DNA from: Neptuniibacter sp. UBA6509
GTDB taxonomy: Bacteria > Pseudomonadota > Gammaproteobacteria > Pseudomonadales > Balneatricaceae
Length of the DNA stretch: 64,000 nt
Assembly (NCBI RefSeq): GCF_002435145.1
Contig: NZ_DJLT01000115.1
Strand: one strand, 5' to 3'
Shown: piece after piece, positions 1-8,870 of the stretch
How positions within the stretch are numbered: the stretch's first letter is position 1
Layout: each line of letters opens with the position of its first letter
Notes under the pieces: model-generated
Databases searched by the model: none
Seen by the model: only the letters and a program-made list of their open reading frames with translations
Told to the model about the DNA's origin: nothing
Translations under genes and position numbers: made by a program

Positions 1-1
1 T

Positions 2-400
2 CAAGACGAAGCCCTTAAGTATGTAGGTGGTTATACACTGGTTCATGACTTCTCTTTACCAGAACTGACTTACTACCGTCCAGACATCAAAGGTAAGTGC
101 CTTGATGGTAGTGCCCCGATCGGCTCTGTTGTTATTCCTGCGTCTGATATTTCTGATCCGCAGGCGTTAACAGTAACGACTCAAGTTAATGGTGAAACGG
201 TGCATGAAATGCCGGTTTCTCAGATGGTACGCAGTGTTGCAGAACTGATTAGCACAATCTCATACATTATGACGTTGCAGCCAGGCGATGTAATCGCAAT
301 TGGTTTCCCAGGTCAGCGTGCACCAGTGAAGCAGGGTGACAAAGTAAGTTCTGCTATTGCAGGTGTGATTGAACTGAATAACGTTGTTGGCCGAGCTTAA
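2..400 (+). CDS. hpaG: HpaG N-terminal-type subunit, fumarylacetoacetate hydrolase family (5' partial)
   Basis: Frame open from base 2: QDEALKYVGGYTLVHDFSLPELTYYRPDIKGK...SYIMTLQPGDVIAIG, FAH-family motifs; directly upstream of a second FAH gene and hpaE. Confidence 0.8.
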   Translation, partial: QDEALKYVGGYTLVHDFSLPELTYYRPDIKGKCLDGSAPIGSVVIPASDISDPQALTVTTQVNGETVHEMPVSQMVRSVAELISTISYIMTLQPGDVIAIGFPGQRAPVKQGDKVSSAIAGVIELNNVVGRA

Positions 401-411
401 GGGGATAAACG

Positions 412-1215
412 ATGAAACATGCACGCGTACTATTTACTGGTTCTGGACAGCTTAACGGCGCTGAACTTGACGTTACTGTAGAAGATTCTTTTGCAACAAC
501 GGGTCAGCTTAAATCTAAAACTGATGGTCAATTGATAAATGAATCCGATGTTACTTGGTTAAGTCCTATTAAAGAACCGGGCACTATTTTTGCGCTGGGT
601 TTGAACTATGCCGATCATGCTCGTGAACTAGCGTTTGAACCACCAAAAGAGCCGCTTGTTTTCCTTAAAGGTGCAAATACGCTTACGGGTCATAAGCAGA
701 ACGCTTACCGTCCAGATAACATCGATTTTCAGCATTACGAATGTGAGCTGGTGGCGGTTATCGGTAAAGAGGGTAAAAACATCTCTCGTGAAGATGCGAT
801 GGATTACGTAGCGGGTTATACCGTATGTAATGACTTTGCGATCCGTGATTACCTAGAAAATTACTACCGTCCAAATCTTCGTGTTAAGAGTCGCGACTCT
901 TTGCTGCCGATCGGCCCTTGGTTGATCGATAAAGAAGATGTAGGTGATATCACTAATCTGCGTGTGACTACGCATGTGAATGGTGAGCTAACACAAGACG
1001 GTTCTACAGCTGACATCATTTTTGATGTTCCATTCTTGGTCGAATATCTAAGTAAAATCATGACGCTTAAGCCGGGCGATATGATTGCGACAGGCACACC
1101 AGAAGGTCTTAAAGATATGCAGCCTGGTGATAAGGTTGTGTGTGAAATTGAAAAAATTGGTGCTCTAGAAACGTATATTGTTTCTGAACAAGAATTTTAC
1201 GGCGACAAATACTAA
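412..1215 (+). CDS. hpaG: HpaG C-terminal-type isomerase/decarboxylase subunit (FAH family)
   Basis: ALGLNYADH, YECEL, NDFAIRDYLENYYRPNLRVK, TLKPGDMIATGTPEG motifs; hpa context. Confidence 0.85.
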   Translation: MKHARVLFTGSGQLNGAELDVTVEDSFATTGQLKSKTDGQLINESDVTWLSPIKEPGTIFALGLNYADHARELAFEPPKEPLVFLKGANTLTGHKQNAYRPDNIDFQHYECELVAVIGKEGKNISREDAMDYVAGYTVCNDFAIRDYLENYYRPNLRVKSRDSLLPIGPWLIDKEDVGDITNLRVTTHVNGELTQDGSTADIIFDVPFLVEYLSKIMTLKPGDMIATGTPEGLKDMQPGDKVVCEIEKIGALETYIVSEQEFYGDKY

Positions 1216-1235
1216 GACGAGTTAGGAGATAACAG

Positions 1236-2759
1236 ATGAGTGAACAACTTCAACAGAATGTCGCTAAAGCCGAAGGCTACTTAGCTCGTTTTAAAGAGAA
1301 TACTTTAGGTCACTACATTAATGGTGAATGGACGCTAGGTAGTGAAGGCACGACGTTTGATAACACAACACCAACTGATCAGAGCTTTCTAGGCAAAGTC
1401 GTTCAGGGTAGTGAAGCTGATGTAAACGCTGCCTGTGATGCTGCTGCTGCGGCAGCTGCGGATTGGGCCGCAATGCCAGGTGCTGCACGTAAGAAAATCC
1501 TACACAAGTTGGGTGATGAGCTAGAAAAGCGTGCAGAAGAGATCGCAATGGTTGAGTCTATGGATTGCGGTCAGCCAATTCGCTTTATGCGTCAAGCGGC
1601 TATCCGTGGTGCTGCTAACTTCCGCTTCTTCGCAGATAAAGCGCCTGAAGCACGTAATGGTCTATCTTTACATCAAGATCAGCACACTAACTATACTGTT
1701 CGTAACCCGATTGGTCCGGTGGCGGTTATCACGCCTTGGAATACTCCTTTCATGTTATCCACATGGAAAATAGCGCCAGCATTGGCAGCGGGCTGTACAG
1801 TTGTTCATAAACCAGCAGAACTAAGCCCTCTGACAGCGGCAATTTTGGCTGAATGTGCGGAAGCCGCAGGTTTGCCAAAAGGTGTTTGGAACATGGTTAA
1901 TGGTTTCGGCACAGTTGTAGGTAAAGCGCTTACAGAGAACCCAGAAATTAAAGCAGTAGCTTTAGTGGGCGATTCTGCAACAGGTAAAAAGATTCAAGCC
2001 CAAACTGCTAATACGTTGAAGCGTTTGCACCTTGAATTGGGTGGTAAAAACCCAGTGATCGTGTTTGATGATGCTGATTTCGACCGTGCTTTAGATGCGG
2101 TCGTTTTCATGATCTATAGTTTAAATGGCCAGCGCTGCACAAGCTCAAGCCGTTTGTTGGTTCAGAGCGGTATTAAGGATAAGTTCTTAGCGGCATTGAA
2201 AGAACGTGTTGCTAATTTGACGGTAGGCCACTCTCTTGATCCAGCGACAGAAGTGGGTCCGTTAGTGCATACAGGGCATTATGACAAAGTAACAAGTTAC
2301 TTTGATATTGCCAAAGAAGATGGTGCGACTGTCGCTGTTGGCGGTAAGTCACTACGTGATGAGATGGGTCCAGGTAACTATGTGACACCGACTCTGTTTG
2401 TTGAAGCAGCAAACAACATGCGTATTGCGCAAGAAGAGATTTTTGGTCCTGTGCTAACTGCGATTGAGTTTGAGACTGAAGAGCAGGCGATTGCTCTGGC
2501 TAATGACACTATTTACGGTCTTGCCGGTTATATTTGGACAAGTAATACAGGCTGTGCAATGCGTATGGCTGACAAAGTTGAAGCGGGTATGTTGTGGGTT
2601 AACTCCGAAAATAACCGTAACCTACCTTCACCGTTTGGTGGTGTGAAAATGTCGGGCATTGGTCGCGATGGTGGTGACTGGAGTTTTGATTTCTATATGG
2701 AAACTAAAAACGTCTGCATCGCACACGATCTTCACTCCGTACCGGTATTAGGCCGTTAA
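1236..2759 (+). CDS. hpaE: 5-carboxymethyl-2-hydroxymuconate semialdehyde dehydrogenase
   Basis: ALDH motifs ITPWNTPFMLSTWKIAPALAAG, LELGGKNP, FSLNGQRCT-like catalytic Cys segment (YSLNGQRCTSSSR), EEIFGPV; between hpaG and hpaF. Confidence 0.9.
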   Translation: MSEQLQQNVAKAEGYLARFKENTLGHYINGEWTLGSEGTTFDNTTPTDQSFLGKVVQGSEADVNAACDAAAAAAADWAAMPGAARKKILHKLGDELEKRAEEIAMVESMDCGQPIRFMRQAAIRGAANFRFFADKAPEARNGLSLHQDQHTNYTVRNPIGPVAVITPWNTPFMLSTWKIAPALAAGCTVVHKPAELSPLTAAILAECAEAAGLPKGVWNMVNGFGTVVGKALTENPEIKAVALVGDSATGKKIQAQTANTLKRLHLELGGKNPVIVFDDADFDRALDAVVFMIYSLNGQRCTSSSRLLVQSGIKDKFLAALKERVANLTVGHSLDPATEVGPLVHTGHYDKVTSYFDIAKEDGATVAVGGKSLRDEMGPGNYVTPTLFVEAANNMRIAQEEIFGPVLTAIEFETEEQAIALANDTIYGLAGYIWTSNTGCAMRMADKVEAGMLWVNSENNRNLPSPFGGVKMSGIGRDGGDWSFDFYMETKNVCIAHDLHSVPVLGR

Positions 2760-2794
2760 GGTTTAAGTAACAGTTTATTGTTCGATAGTGCGTT

Positions 2795-2826
2795 CCGTGG
2801 TCTGGTAAACCGGACCACGGCTTTTT
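2795..2826 (+). terminator. Intrinsic terminator between hpaE and hpaF
   Basis: CCGTGGTCTGGT/ACCGGACCACGG stem (one G-U) followed by CTTTTT. Confidence 0.65.
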
Positions 2827-2861
2827 AACTATCGTGACATCTATCTATAAAGGAGACGTAA

Positions 2862-3254
2862 ATGCCGCATTTTATAATGGAGTATTCTGCGAACCTTGAT
2901 GACGATCTGGATATTCCAGCGCTTTTTGAAAAACTCAATGCTGCGGCGATAGCAACGGGAGTATTTCCTATCGGTGGGATTCGTACACGTGCAGTACGCT
3001 GTGAGCATTTTCGTGTTGCTGAAGGCGACCCTGAGAATACGTTCGTGCATCTGACCGCTAAAGTAGGTGCAGGGCGAGAGGCGGAAGTTTTAAAGGAAGC
3101 GTCGGATAAAGTGTTCGATGTTTTTACTGAAGTGTTACAGCCTGTATTTGATCGACGCTATATGAGTATCGGATTTGAGATGGTTGAGCTGCACCCTGAG
3201 CGTAACTATCGTAAAAACAACATTCATGAGAAATTAGCAAAAAAAGATAAGTGA
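2862..3254 (+). CDS. hpaF: 5-carboxymethyl-2-hydroxymuconate delta-isomerase
   Basis: N-terminal MPHFIMEYSANL (catalytic Pro-1, tautomerase fold), FPIGGIRTRA, KNNIH C-terminus. Confidence 0.9.
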   Translation: MPHFIMEYSANLDDDLDIPALFEKLNAAAIATGVFPIGGIRTRAVRCEHFRVAEGDPENTFVHLTAKVGAGREAEVLKEASDKVFDVFTEVLQPVFDRRYMSIGFEMVELHPERNYRKNNIHEKLAKKDK

Positions 3255-3515
3255 TACATAAATAGTATTATTGTGTATCGTTAAAGTATCAGGATATAAT
3301 GATTTAAATCAGTTATTCTTTAAATACTGATCCTATTTTCAACAGTAGATAGTTAATTTAGATAGCCGTAAGCCATGTTAAGTAAGATGAGACGGCTAGC
3401 ATGGTTTAAGGGTATTAGTCTAAAGATTAAGAGATGCCGAGAGGTGTTTATTGCTTTTTAGATAGTTAACATATTTAGCACTTAATAATAAAAAATGATA
3501 AATAGAGGAAATAAT

Positions 3516-4526
3516 ATGAATTTTAAGAAAGCGCTTGCGATCGGTTTGTTCATGGGTGTTGCAGGTCAGGCTGCAGCAGAGACTACATTACGTGTCGCTA
3601 GCTGGTTACCACCTACACATCCACAGAACGCGGTTGTTTGGCCAACATGGTCTAAATGGGTTGAAGAAGCGACTGAAGGTCGCGTAAAAGTTGCCATTGA
3701 GTACGGCATGGGACACCCAAAAACAATGTTTGAATTAGTAGAAGATGGCGTAGTTGACGCATCGTTCTCCTACCACGGCTATGTGCCGGGTCGTTTTAAA
3801 CTGACTCAAGCAGTTGAACAGCCTCTTCTAGGTACAAGCGCTGAAGCGGCATCTGTTGCTCACTGGAAGATTCATAACAAATACTTCGCAAAAGCGAATG
3901 AGCATGATGGCCTAGAAGTTATCGGTTTGTTCACACATGGACCAGGCCAGATTCAAATGGCTAAGCCTGTTACATCCCTTGCTGATCTTAAAGGTAAGAA
4001 GATCCGTTTAGGCGGTGGTGTTCAGGGTGAAATCGGTCACCGTATGGGCGTTACTGCAGTAGGTGCACCTGCACCGAAAGTATACGAAATGATGCAGCAA
4101 GGTGTTATCGACGGTGTCTTCATCCCAATGGGTGAGCAGAAGTCTCTACGTCTTAAAGAAGTTGCAACTAACGTTGTTGCACTACCAGGTGGCATGTACT
4201 TAGGTAGTTTCGGTATCTTCATGAATCCAGATTTCCTAGCTGACCTTGATGCTAAAGATCGTGACGCGATCATGAGTGTTTCTGGCGAGAAACTATCTGC
4301 GATGGCTGGTAAAGCTTGGGATGCAGGTGATGCAGCAGGTCTGGAAGCTTCTAAAGACGCAGGCGTAAACATCACTATGGTTAAAGAAGGCGATGCACTT
4401 GCAAATGAATTTGTCGCTTTAACTAAAGGTATGGATGAAGCGTTCCTGAAATCTGTAGCTGATCGTGGTGTTGATGCAAAAGCTGCATTGACTGAACTGC
4501 GTGAAGTTGCGCGCAGCTACAAGTAA
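3516..4526 (+). CDS. dctP: TRAP transporter substrate-binding protein
   Basis: Signal peptide, LRVASWLPPTH, DLKGKKIR, YEMMQQGVIDG; start placed at ATG 3516 after AGAGGA. Confidence 0.9.
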   Translation: MNFKKALAIGLFMGVAGQAAAETTLRVASWLPPTHPQNAVVWPTWSKWVEEATEGRVKVAIEYGMGHPKTMFELVEDGVVDASFSYHGYVPGRFKLTQAVEQPLLGTSAEAASVAHWKIHNKYFAKANEHDGLEVIGLFTHGPGQIQMAKPVTSLADLKGKKIRLGGGVQGEIGHRMGVTAVGAPAPKVYEMMQQGVIDGVFIPMGEQKSLRLKEVATNVVALPGGMYLGSFGIFMNPDFLADLDAKDRDAIMSVSGEKLSAMAGKAWDAGDAAGLEASKDAGVNITMVKEGDALANEFVALTKGMDEAFLKSVADRGVDAKAALTELREVARSYK

Positions 4527-4563
4527 GTCATACTCGCTTTTAGTAAATAAGTAGGAGTCTTTT

Positions 4564-5079
4564 ATGGCTTTTAGTGCCTGGGTTACAGCGCACTACGAAG
4601 AAAAAGGGCCAGTCGTATGGCTGGCCTTTTTTCTAGAGTTGATTGCGGCCTTAACACTGTTTTTCTTAATGATGCTGACCTGTGCTGATGTATTCGGTCG
4701 GTATTTCATGGGTAACGCTGTTGACGGTACTACCGAATTGACAGAGATGGGGATCGCCATCATCGTATTCGCTGAGATGCCGATTGTCACTTGGCGTGGT
4801 GGGCATGTCATTGTTGATATTCTTGATAAAGCTTTAGGTAGTAAGTTGATAAAGGCATTGGCGCTATTTTCTGCGTTTGTTATGTCAACTTCACTCTATT
4901 TCTTAGCTGTTCGTATTTTCGAACTTGCTGAACGTTCACTTCGTCGTGGTGAAGTGTCAGAGTACCTTCAGTTTCCGGTAGCTTATATTGTTCAGTATAT
5001 TGCCATAATGAGTTGGGTAACGGCTGGCGCCATGATTACCTACGGCGTATACCGAATCCTGTTCTTAGATAAGAAGTGA
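4564..5079 (+). CDS. dctQ: TRAP small permease
   Basis: About 4 TM segments, ADVFGRY and GGHVIVD motifs, between dctP and dctM. Confidence 0.88.
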   Translation: MAFSAWVTAHYEEKGPVVWLAFFLELIAALTLFFLMMLTCADVFGRYFMGNAVDGTTELTEMGIAIIVFAEMPIVTWRGGHVIVDILDKALGSKLIKALALFSAFVMSTSLYFLAVRIFELAERSLRRGEVSEYLQFPVAYIVQYIAIMSWVTAGAMITYGVYRILFLDKK

Positions 5080-5161
5080 TTTGAATTTACTTCAAATACT
5101 TAACTTGTTAAGTACAGTTTAATGTTTATTATGCGTTGTTAACGCAACAGGTATTTTCAGT

Positions 5162-6493
5162 ATGATTACTGCATTAACCGGCTTTGCTATATTACTGCTG
5201 ATTATCGTAGTTGTACGTGTACCAATCGCTTTTGCGATGGGCCTTGTGGGCTTTTTTGGTTTCGCGTACATGCAGGGATTGTCTTTCGATAATATTATGG
5301 AATTCCGCTGGAATGGTGCGCTTTCGATGGCATCTAAGCGTGTTATCGATACAGCACAAGAATACAGCCTTTCTGTCATCCCACTCTTCATTCTGATGGG
5401 TAACTTTGTTACTAAGTCAGGTTTGTCTCAGGAGCTTTATCGCGCGTCTTATGCGTTCTTGGGGCATCGTAAGGGTGGTCTTTCCATGGCGACAGTTGTG
5501 GCTTGTGGTGGTTTCTCTGCTATTTGTGGATCTAGCCTAGCAACATCGGCAACGATGGCTAAAGTGGCTATGCCTCCAATGCGTAAATATGGCTATGCAG
5601 ATTCACTTGCAACGGCTTCTATCGCAGCGGGCGGAACCTTAGGTATCTTAATTCCACCAAGTGTAATTTTGGTTATCTATGGTTTGTTAACCGAAACGAG
5701 TATTCGTGAACTGTTTGCAGCGGGTTTCATCCCTGGCTTCTTAGGTATTCTTCTGTACTTGGTTGCTGTGCGTTATGTTGTATGGCGTGATCCCTCTGCA
5801 GGACCTTGTGGCGAGAAAATGACATGGCCTGAGCGCTTTCAAGCACTGAATGGTGTGTGGGGTGTTCTAGCTCTGTTTACGATTGTTATGGGTGGTATCT
5901 ACTTAGGTGTATTCACGCCGACCGAAGCTGCAGGTATTGGCGCAGGTGGTGCTTTCTTTATCGCATTGCTGCGTAGGAGCCTAACATGGGGAGCGATGTT
6001 CGATATCCTTTCAGACACAGCGCGGACAACGACTATGTTGTTCGGTGTAGTGATTGGTGCACTGATCTTCTCTAACTTTATTAACCGTGCAGGTTTGCCT
6101 GCTGAGCTACTTGAGTTTGTTACAAACCTCGATGTATCTCCAATGATGGTTATTTTAGTTATTCTAGGCATCTACATTGTACTTGGTATGGTGTTCGAGA
6201 GTTTATCGATGCTGCTGTTAACAGTGCCAATCTTCTTCCCGCTTGTTCAGAGTCTCGGCTTTGATCTGGTGTGGTTTGGTATTGTAGTTGTTGTCGTGAC
6301 AGAAATTAGTTTGATAACACCTCCCGTGGGGATGAATGTGTTCGTGCTCAGTGCGGTACTGCGTGATGTTAAAGCCAGTACTATCTTCAAAGGAGTGACT
6401 CCTTTCTGGTGTGCGGATATCTTCCGTCTAGCGCTGATTGTTGCTTTCTCATCAATCTCCTTGTTCTTACCAGAACTACTCTATCGTTCTTAG
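5162..6493 (+). CDS. dctM: TRAP large permease
   Basis: IPLFILMG, GGFSAICGSS, GTLGILIPPS, TPTEAAGIG, LITPPVGMN motifs. Confidence 0.92.
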   Translation: MITALTGFAILLLIIVVVRVPIAFAMGLVGFFGFAYMQGLSFDNIMEFRWNGALSMASKRVIDTAQEYSLSVIPLFILMGNFVTKSGLSQELYRASYAFLGHRKGGLSMATVVACGGFSAICGSSLATSATMAKVAMPPMRKYGYADSLATASIAAGGTLGILIPPSVILVIYGLLTETSIRELFAAGFIPGFLGILLYLVAVRYVVWRDPSAGPCGEKMTWPERFQALNGVWGVLALFTIVMGGIYLGVFTPTEAAGIGAGGAFFIALLRRSLTWGAMFDILSDTARTTTMLFGVVIGALIFSNFINRAGLPAELLEFVTNLDVSPMMVILVILGIYIVLGMVFESLSMLLLTVPIFFPLVQSLGFDLVWFGIVVVVVTEISLITPPVGMNVFVLSAVLRDVKASTIFKGVTPFWCADIFRLALIVAFSSISLFLPELLYRS

Positions 6494-6569
6494 ATCATCA
6501 AAAGGCCAAGTAGGTTATGCGCCTGCTTGGTCTGATTAAATAACCATTCGAGATCGAATGAGGTTAAAC

Positions 6570-7055
6570 ATGATTCCTGACGTTAAAAAAATTCTTTACG
6601 CATCCGATATTGAAAAAGGCTCTCGTCCAGCGTTTCGTGCTGCAGTGAGTTTGTGTGGGCAATACAATGCTCAAATCACTTACCTGCACGTACTTGAAAG
6701 TGAGCATCAACAAAATATGGCGCTGCAATCTTTATTAAAAGAAGAGGGTATGCGTGAGATGTATGAAAGTAGCTTGGTAGACCTTAAAGCTAAGTTAGAG
6801 ACACGTATTAATAAGTTCTGCACAGATGAGCTGGAAGAAAATGAGATGCTATCTGATGCTCAAGTGAATTCTATTATTCGTGAAGGCAAGCCTTGGGAAA
6901 CTATTGTTGAAGTTGCTAACGAGATTGATGCAGATGTTATTGTGATGGGTACACGCCCACACTCTGGAATAGGTCATGCACTGATGGGTTCTACAGCGAC
7001 TAAGGTTATGAATAACGCTAAGCGACCTGTGCTTATCGTACCGTTGAAGAAATAA
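6570..7055 (+). CDS. Universal stress protein (UspA family), TRAP-associated
   Basis: KKILYASD, LHVLE, IREGKP, ADVIVMGT...GSTATKV USP motifs; ATG 6570 follows GAGG (alternative start 6558). Confidence 0.85.
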   Translation: MIPDVKKILYASDIEKGSRPAFRAAVSLCGQYNAQITYLHVLESEHQQNMALQSLLKEEGMREMYESSLVDLKAKLETRINKFCTDELEENEMLSDAQVNSIIREGKPWETIVEVANEIDADVIVMGTRPHSGIGHALMGSTATKVMNNAKRPVLIVPLKK

Positions 7056-7074
7056 ATAGCAGTCTAGATTTTTT

Positions 7075-7110
7075 AAAGGGCTGATAGAGAGATCTATCAG
7101 CCCTTTTTTA
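7075..7110 (+). terminator. Intrinsic terminator after the TRAP/USP operon
   Basis: Perfect 14-bp stem AAAGGGCTGATAGA/TCTATCAGCCCTTT, GAGA loop, T run. Confidence 0.8.
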
Positions 7111-7240
7111 TTTAAGCGGTGTACGTACTTATAAAAAGGGTAATTGTTTAGGTTTTGATTTTTTGTTTTTGTTTTTACACGTAAACTACTCACATTCGTA
7201 GAGCCTTTTTCTTAATCGATTTATAAAAAGAGATTCCCTT

Positions 7241-8077
7241 TTGTTAAGTTATAGACACTCATTTCATGCAGGAAACTTTGCCGACATCCTTAAGCATATT
7301 GTTGCGGTAGAGATACTCGAACACCTGACTAAGAAAGATAAACCGTTCGAGTATATAGATACGCATTCAGGCACGGGGCTTTATAACTTTAAGTCTGCGC
7401 AGGCGCGTAAACTTGAGGAGCATGCAGGTGGAATTGGTAAGTTACAACAAAAGGAATACCCTGAGTTAACTCGCTATTTTGATGTGGTTAATTCTTATAA
7501 TGATAAGGGGCAGGGAAACTTTTATCCCGGTTCACCTTTGTTTGCTAAGTATTTTTTGCGCCCTCAAGATCGCGCTTGGTTGTTTGAACTGCATCCTGAA
7601 GATTTTAAAACGCTTTGTATGAACACGAGCCGGCAGCGAAAAATAAAAGTAGCTTGCAGTGATGGTTTAAAAGGGTTGGATGGTTTGATGCCTCCTGCAA
7701 GCCGTCGTGCGCTGGTTTTGATAGATCCCTCGTATGAGATTAAAACCGAATACAACCAAGTTTTTTCGGCCATTGAAAAGGCGCATAAAAAGTTTGCGAC
7801 AGGTACTTATGCCCTTTGGTATCCAGTGGTGGATCGGCCAACGATTAATAAATTAAAGAATAAGTTTATCCGCAGCGGTATTAAGAATATCCAATGTTTT
7901 GAACTAGGTGTACGCCCTGATTCGGATGAACATGGAATGACCTCATCAGGCATGATTGTAGTGAATCCGCCTTGGGGGCTGTTCGACAAAATGTCAAAAC
8001 TGCTGCCAAAATTAGCCAAGACCTTAGGCGAATCGGATGAGTTGATCTATAAATGCGACCAGCTTGTTGATGAATAG
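7241..8077 (+). CDS. rlmJ: 23S rRNA m6A2030 methyltransferase
   Basis: MLSYRHSFHAGNFADILKH, DTHSGTG, YPGSP, LIDPSYE, WYPVV, GMIVVNPPW. Confidence 0.93.
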   Translation: MLSYRHSFHAGNFADILKHIVAVEILEHLTKKDKPFEYIDTHSGTGLYNFKSAQARKLEEHAGGIGKLQQKEYPELTRYFDVVNSYNDKGQGNFYPGSPLFAKYFLRPQDRAWLFELHPEDFKTLCMNTSRQRKIKVACSDGLKGLDGLMPPASRRALVLIDPSYEIKTEYNQVFSAIEKAHKKFATGTYALWYPVVDRPTINKLKNKFIRSGIKNIQCFELGVRPDSDEHGMTSSGMIVVNPPWGLFDKMSKLLPKLAKTLGESDELIYKCDQLVDE

Positions 8078-8083
8078 AAAGCC

Positions 8084-8124
8084 GAGGAATAAAGGTAGAG
8101 GAATAAAGGTAGAGGGATAAACAG
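8084..8124. repeat. 14-bp tandem repeat GAGGAATAAAGGTA x2 plus a degenerate third copy
   Basis: Read directly from the sequence. Confidence 0.8.
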
Positions 8125-8250
8125 TTGTTGAATTAAAGACTGCCGGATAAAAGCTAATGAACAAGAATAGCAACAGAAGCGCTTTCTAAGTGACTGTTAT
8201 ACGGCAGTTATGCGACAGTCAGCCTTCTGAAATTTGCGGGAGTGGTATTT

Positions 8251-8721
8251 ATGTCCGAGCATTTAGCTGAAATAGTCTGGCAGCGTGGTCGTAATGAAAC
8301 TTATATAGATAATCGTTACAGTCGTGCGCATGAATGGCGCTTTGATGGGGGTTTTACGGTGCCTGCATCGTCTTCCCCTCACGTAGTACCTCTGCCTTAT
8401 TCAGTAGCCGAGAACGTAGATCCAGAAGAGGCGTTTATCGCCTCGTTGTCTAGTTGCCATATGCTGTTTTTTCTTTCAATTGCCGCAGCGGCTAAGTTTG
8501 TTATTGATCAATACTCTGATAGGGCTGTCGGCGTGATGGGAAAGGGTGCCGACGGAAAAATAGCGATAACTAAGGTGACGCTGCGGCCTGAGGTTATTTT
8601 AAGTGGTGAACTTCAACCGAGTCTTGAACAGCTAGAGGAGATGCATCATCAGGCCCATGAGCAGTGCTTCCTTGCAAATTCAGTAAAGACTGAAGTAGTT
8701 ATAGAGATAATGACTCATTAA
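8251..8721 (+). CDS. OsmC/Ohr family protein
   Basis: YSRAHEWRFDGG, DPEEAFIASLSSCHML, AHEQCFLANSVK (two conserved Cys). Confidence 0.85.
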   Translation: MSEHLAEIVWQRGRNETYIDNRYSRAHEWRFDGGFTVPASSSPHVVPLPYSVAENVDPEEAFIASLSSCHMLFFLSIAAAAKFVIDQYSDRAVGVMGKGADGKIAITKVTLRPEVILSGELQPSLEQLEEMHHQAHEQCFLANSVKTEVVIEIMTH

Positions 8722-8798
8722 GTTGTACGGTTTATAAAAGGGAAGGGCGATTATTGTATTGATTGGATGTGAAATAGATTCACATTGTCCTGAATGAA

Positions 8799-8820
8799 GC
8801 ATGGCTCCGAAGAGCCATGC
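8799..8820. terminator. Hairpin between convergent osmC-like and MCP genes
   Basis: GCATGGCTC-CGAA-GAGCCATGC perfect 9-bp stem; no clear U tract. Confidence 0.45.
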
Positions 8821-8870
8821 AAGTGTGTACAGTTAAATGTAAAAATCAAAATTAGCTTTCAGTTACTTTT

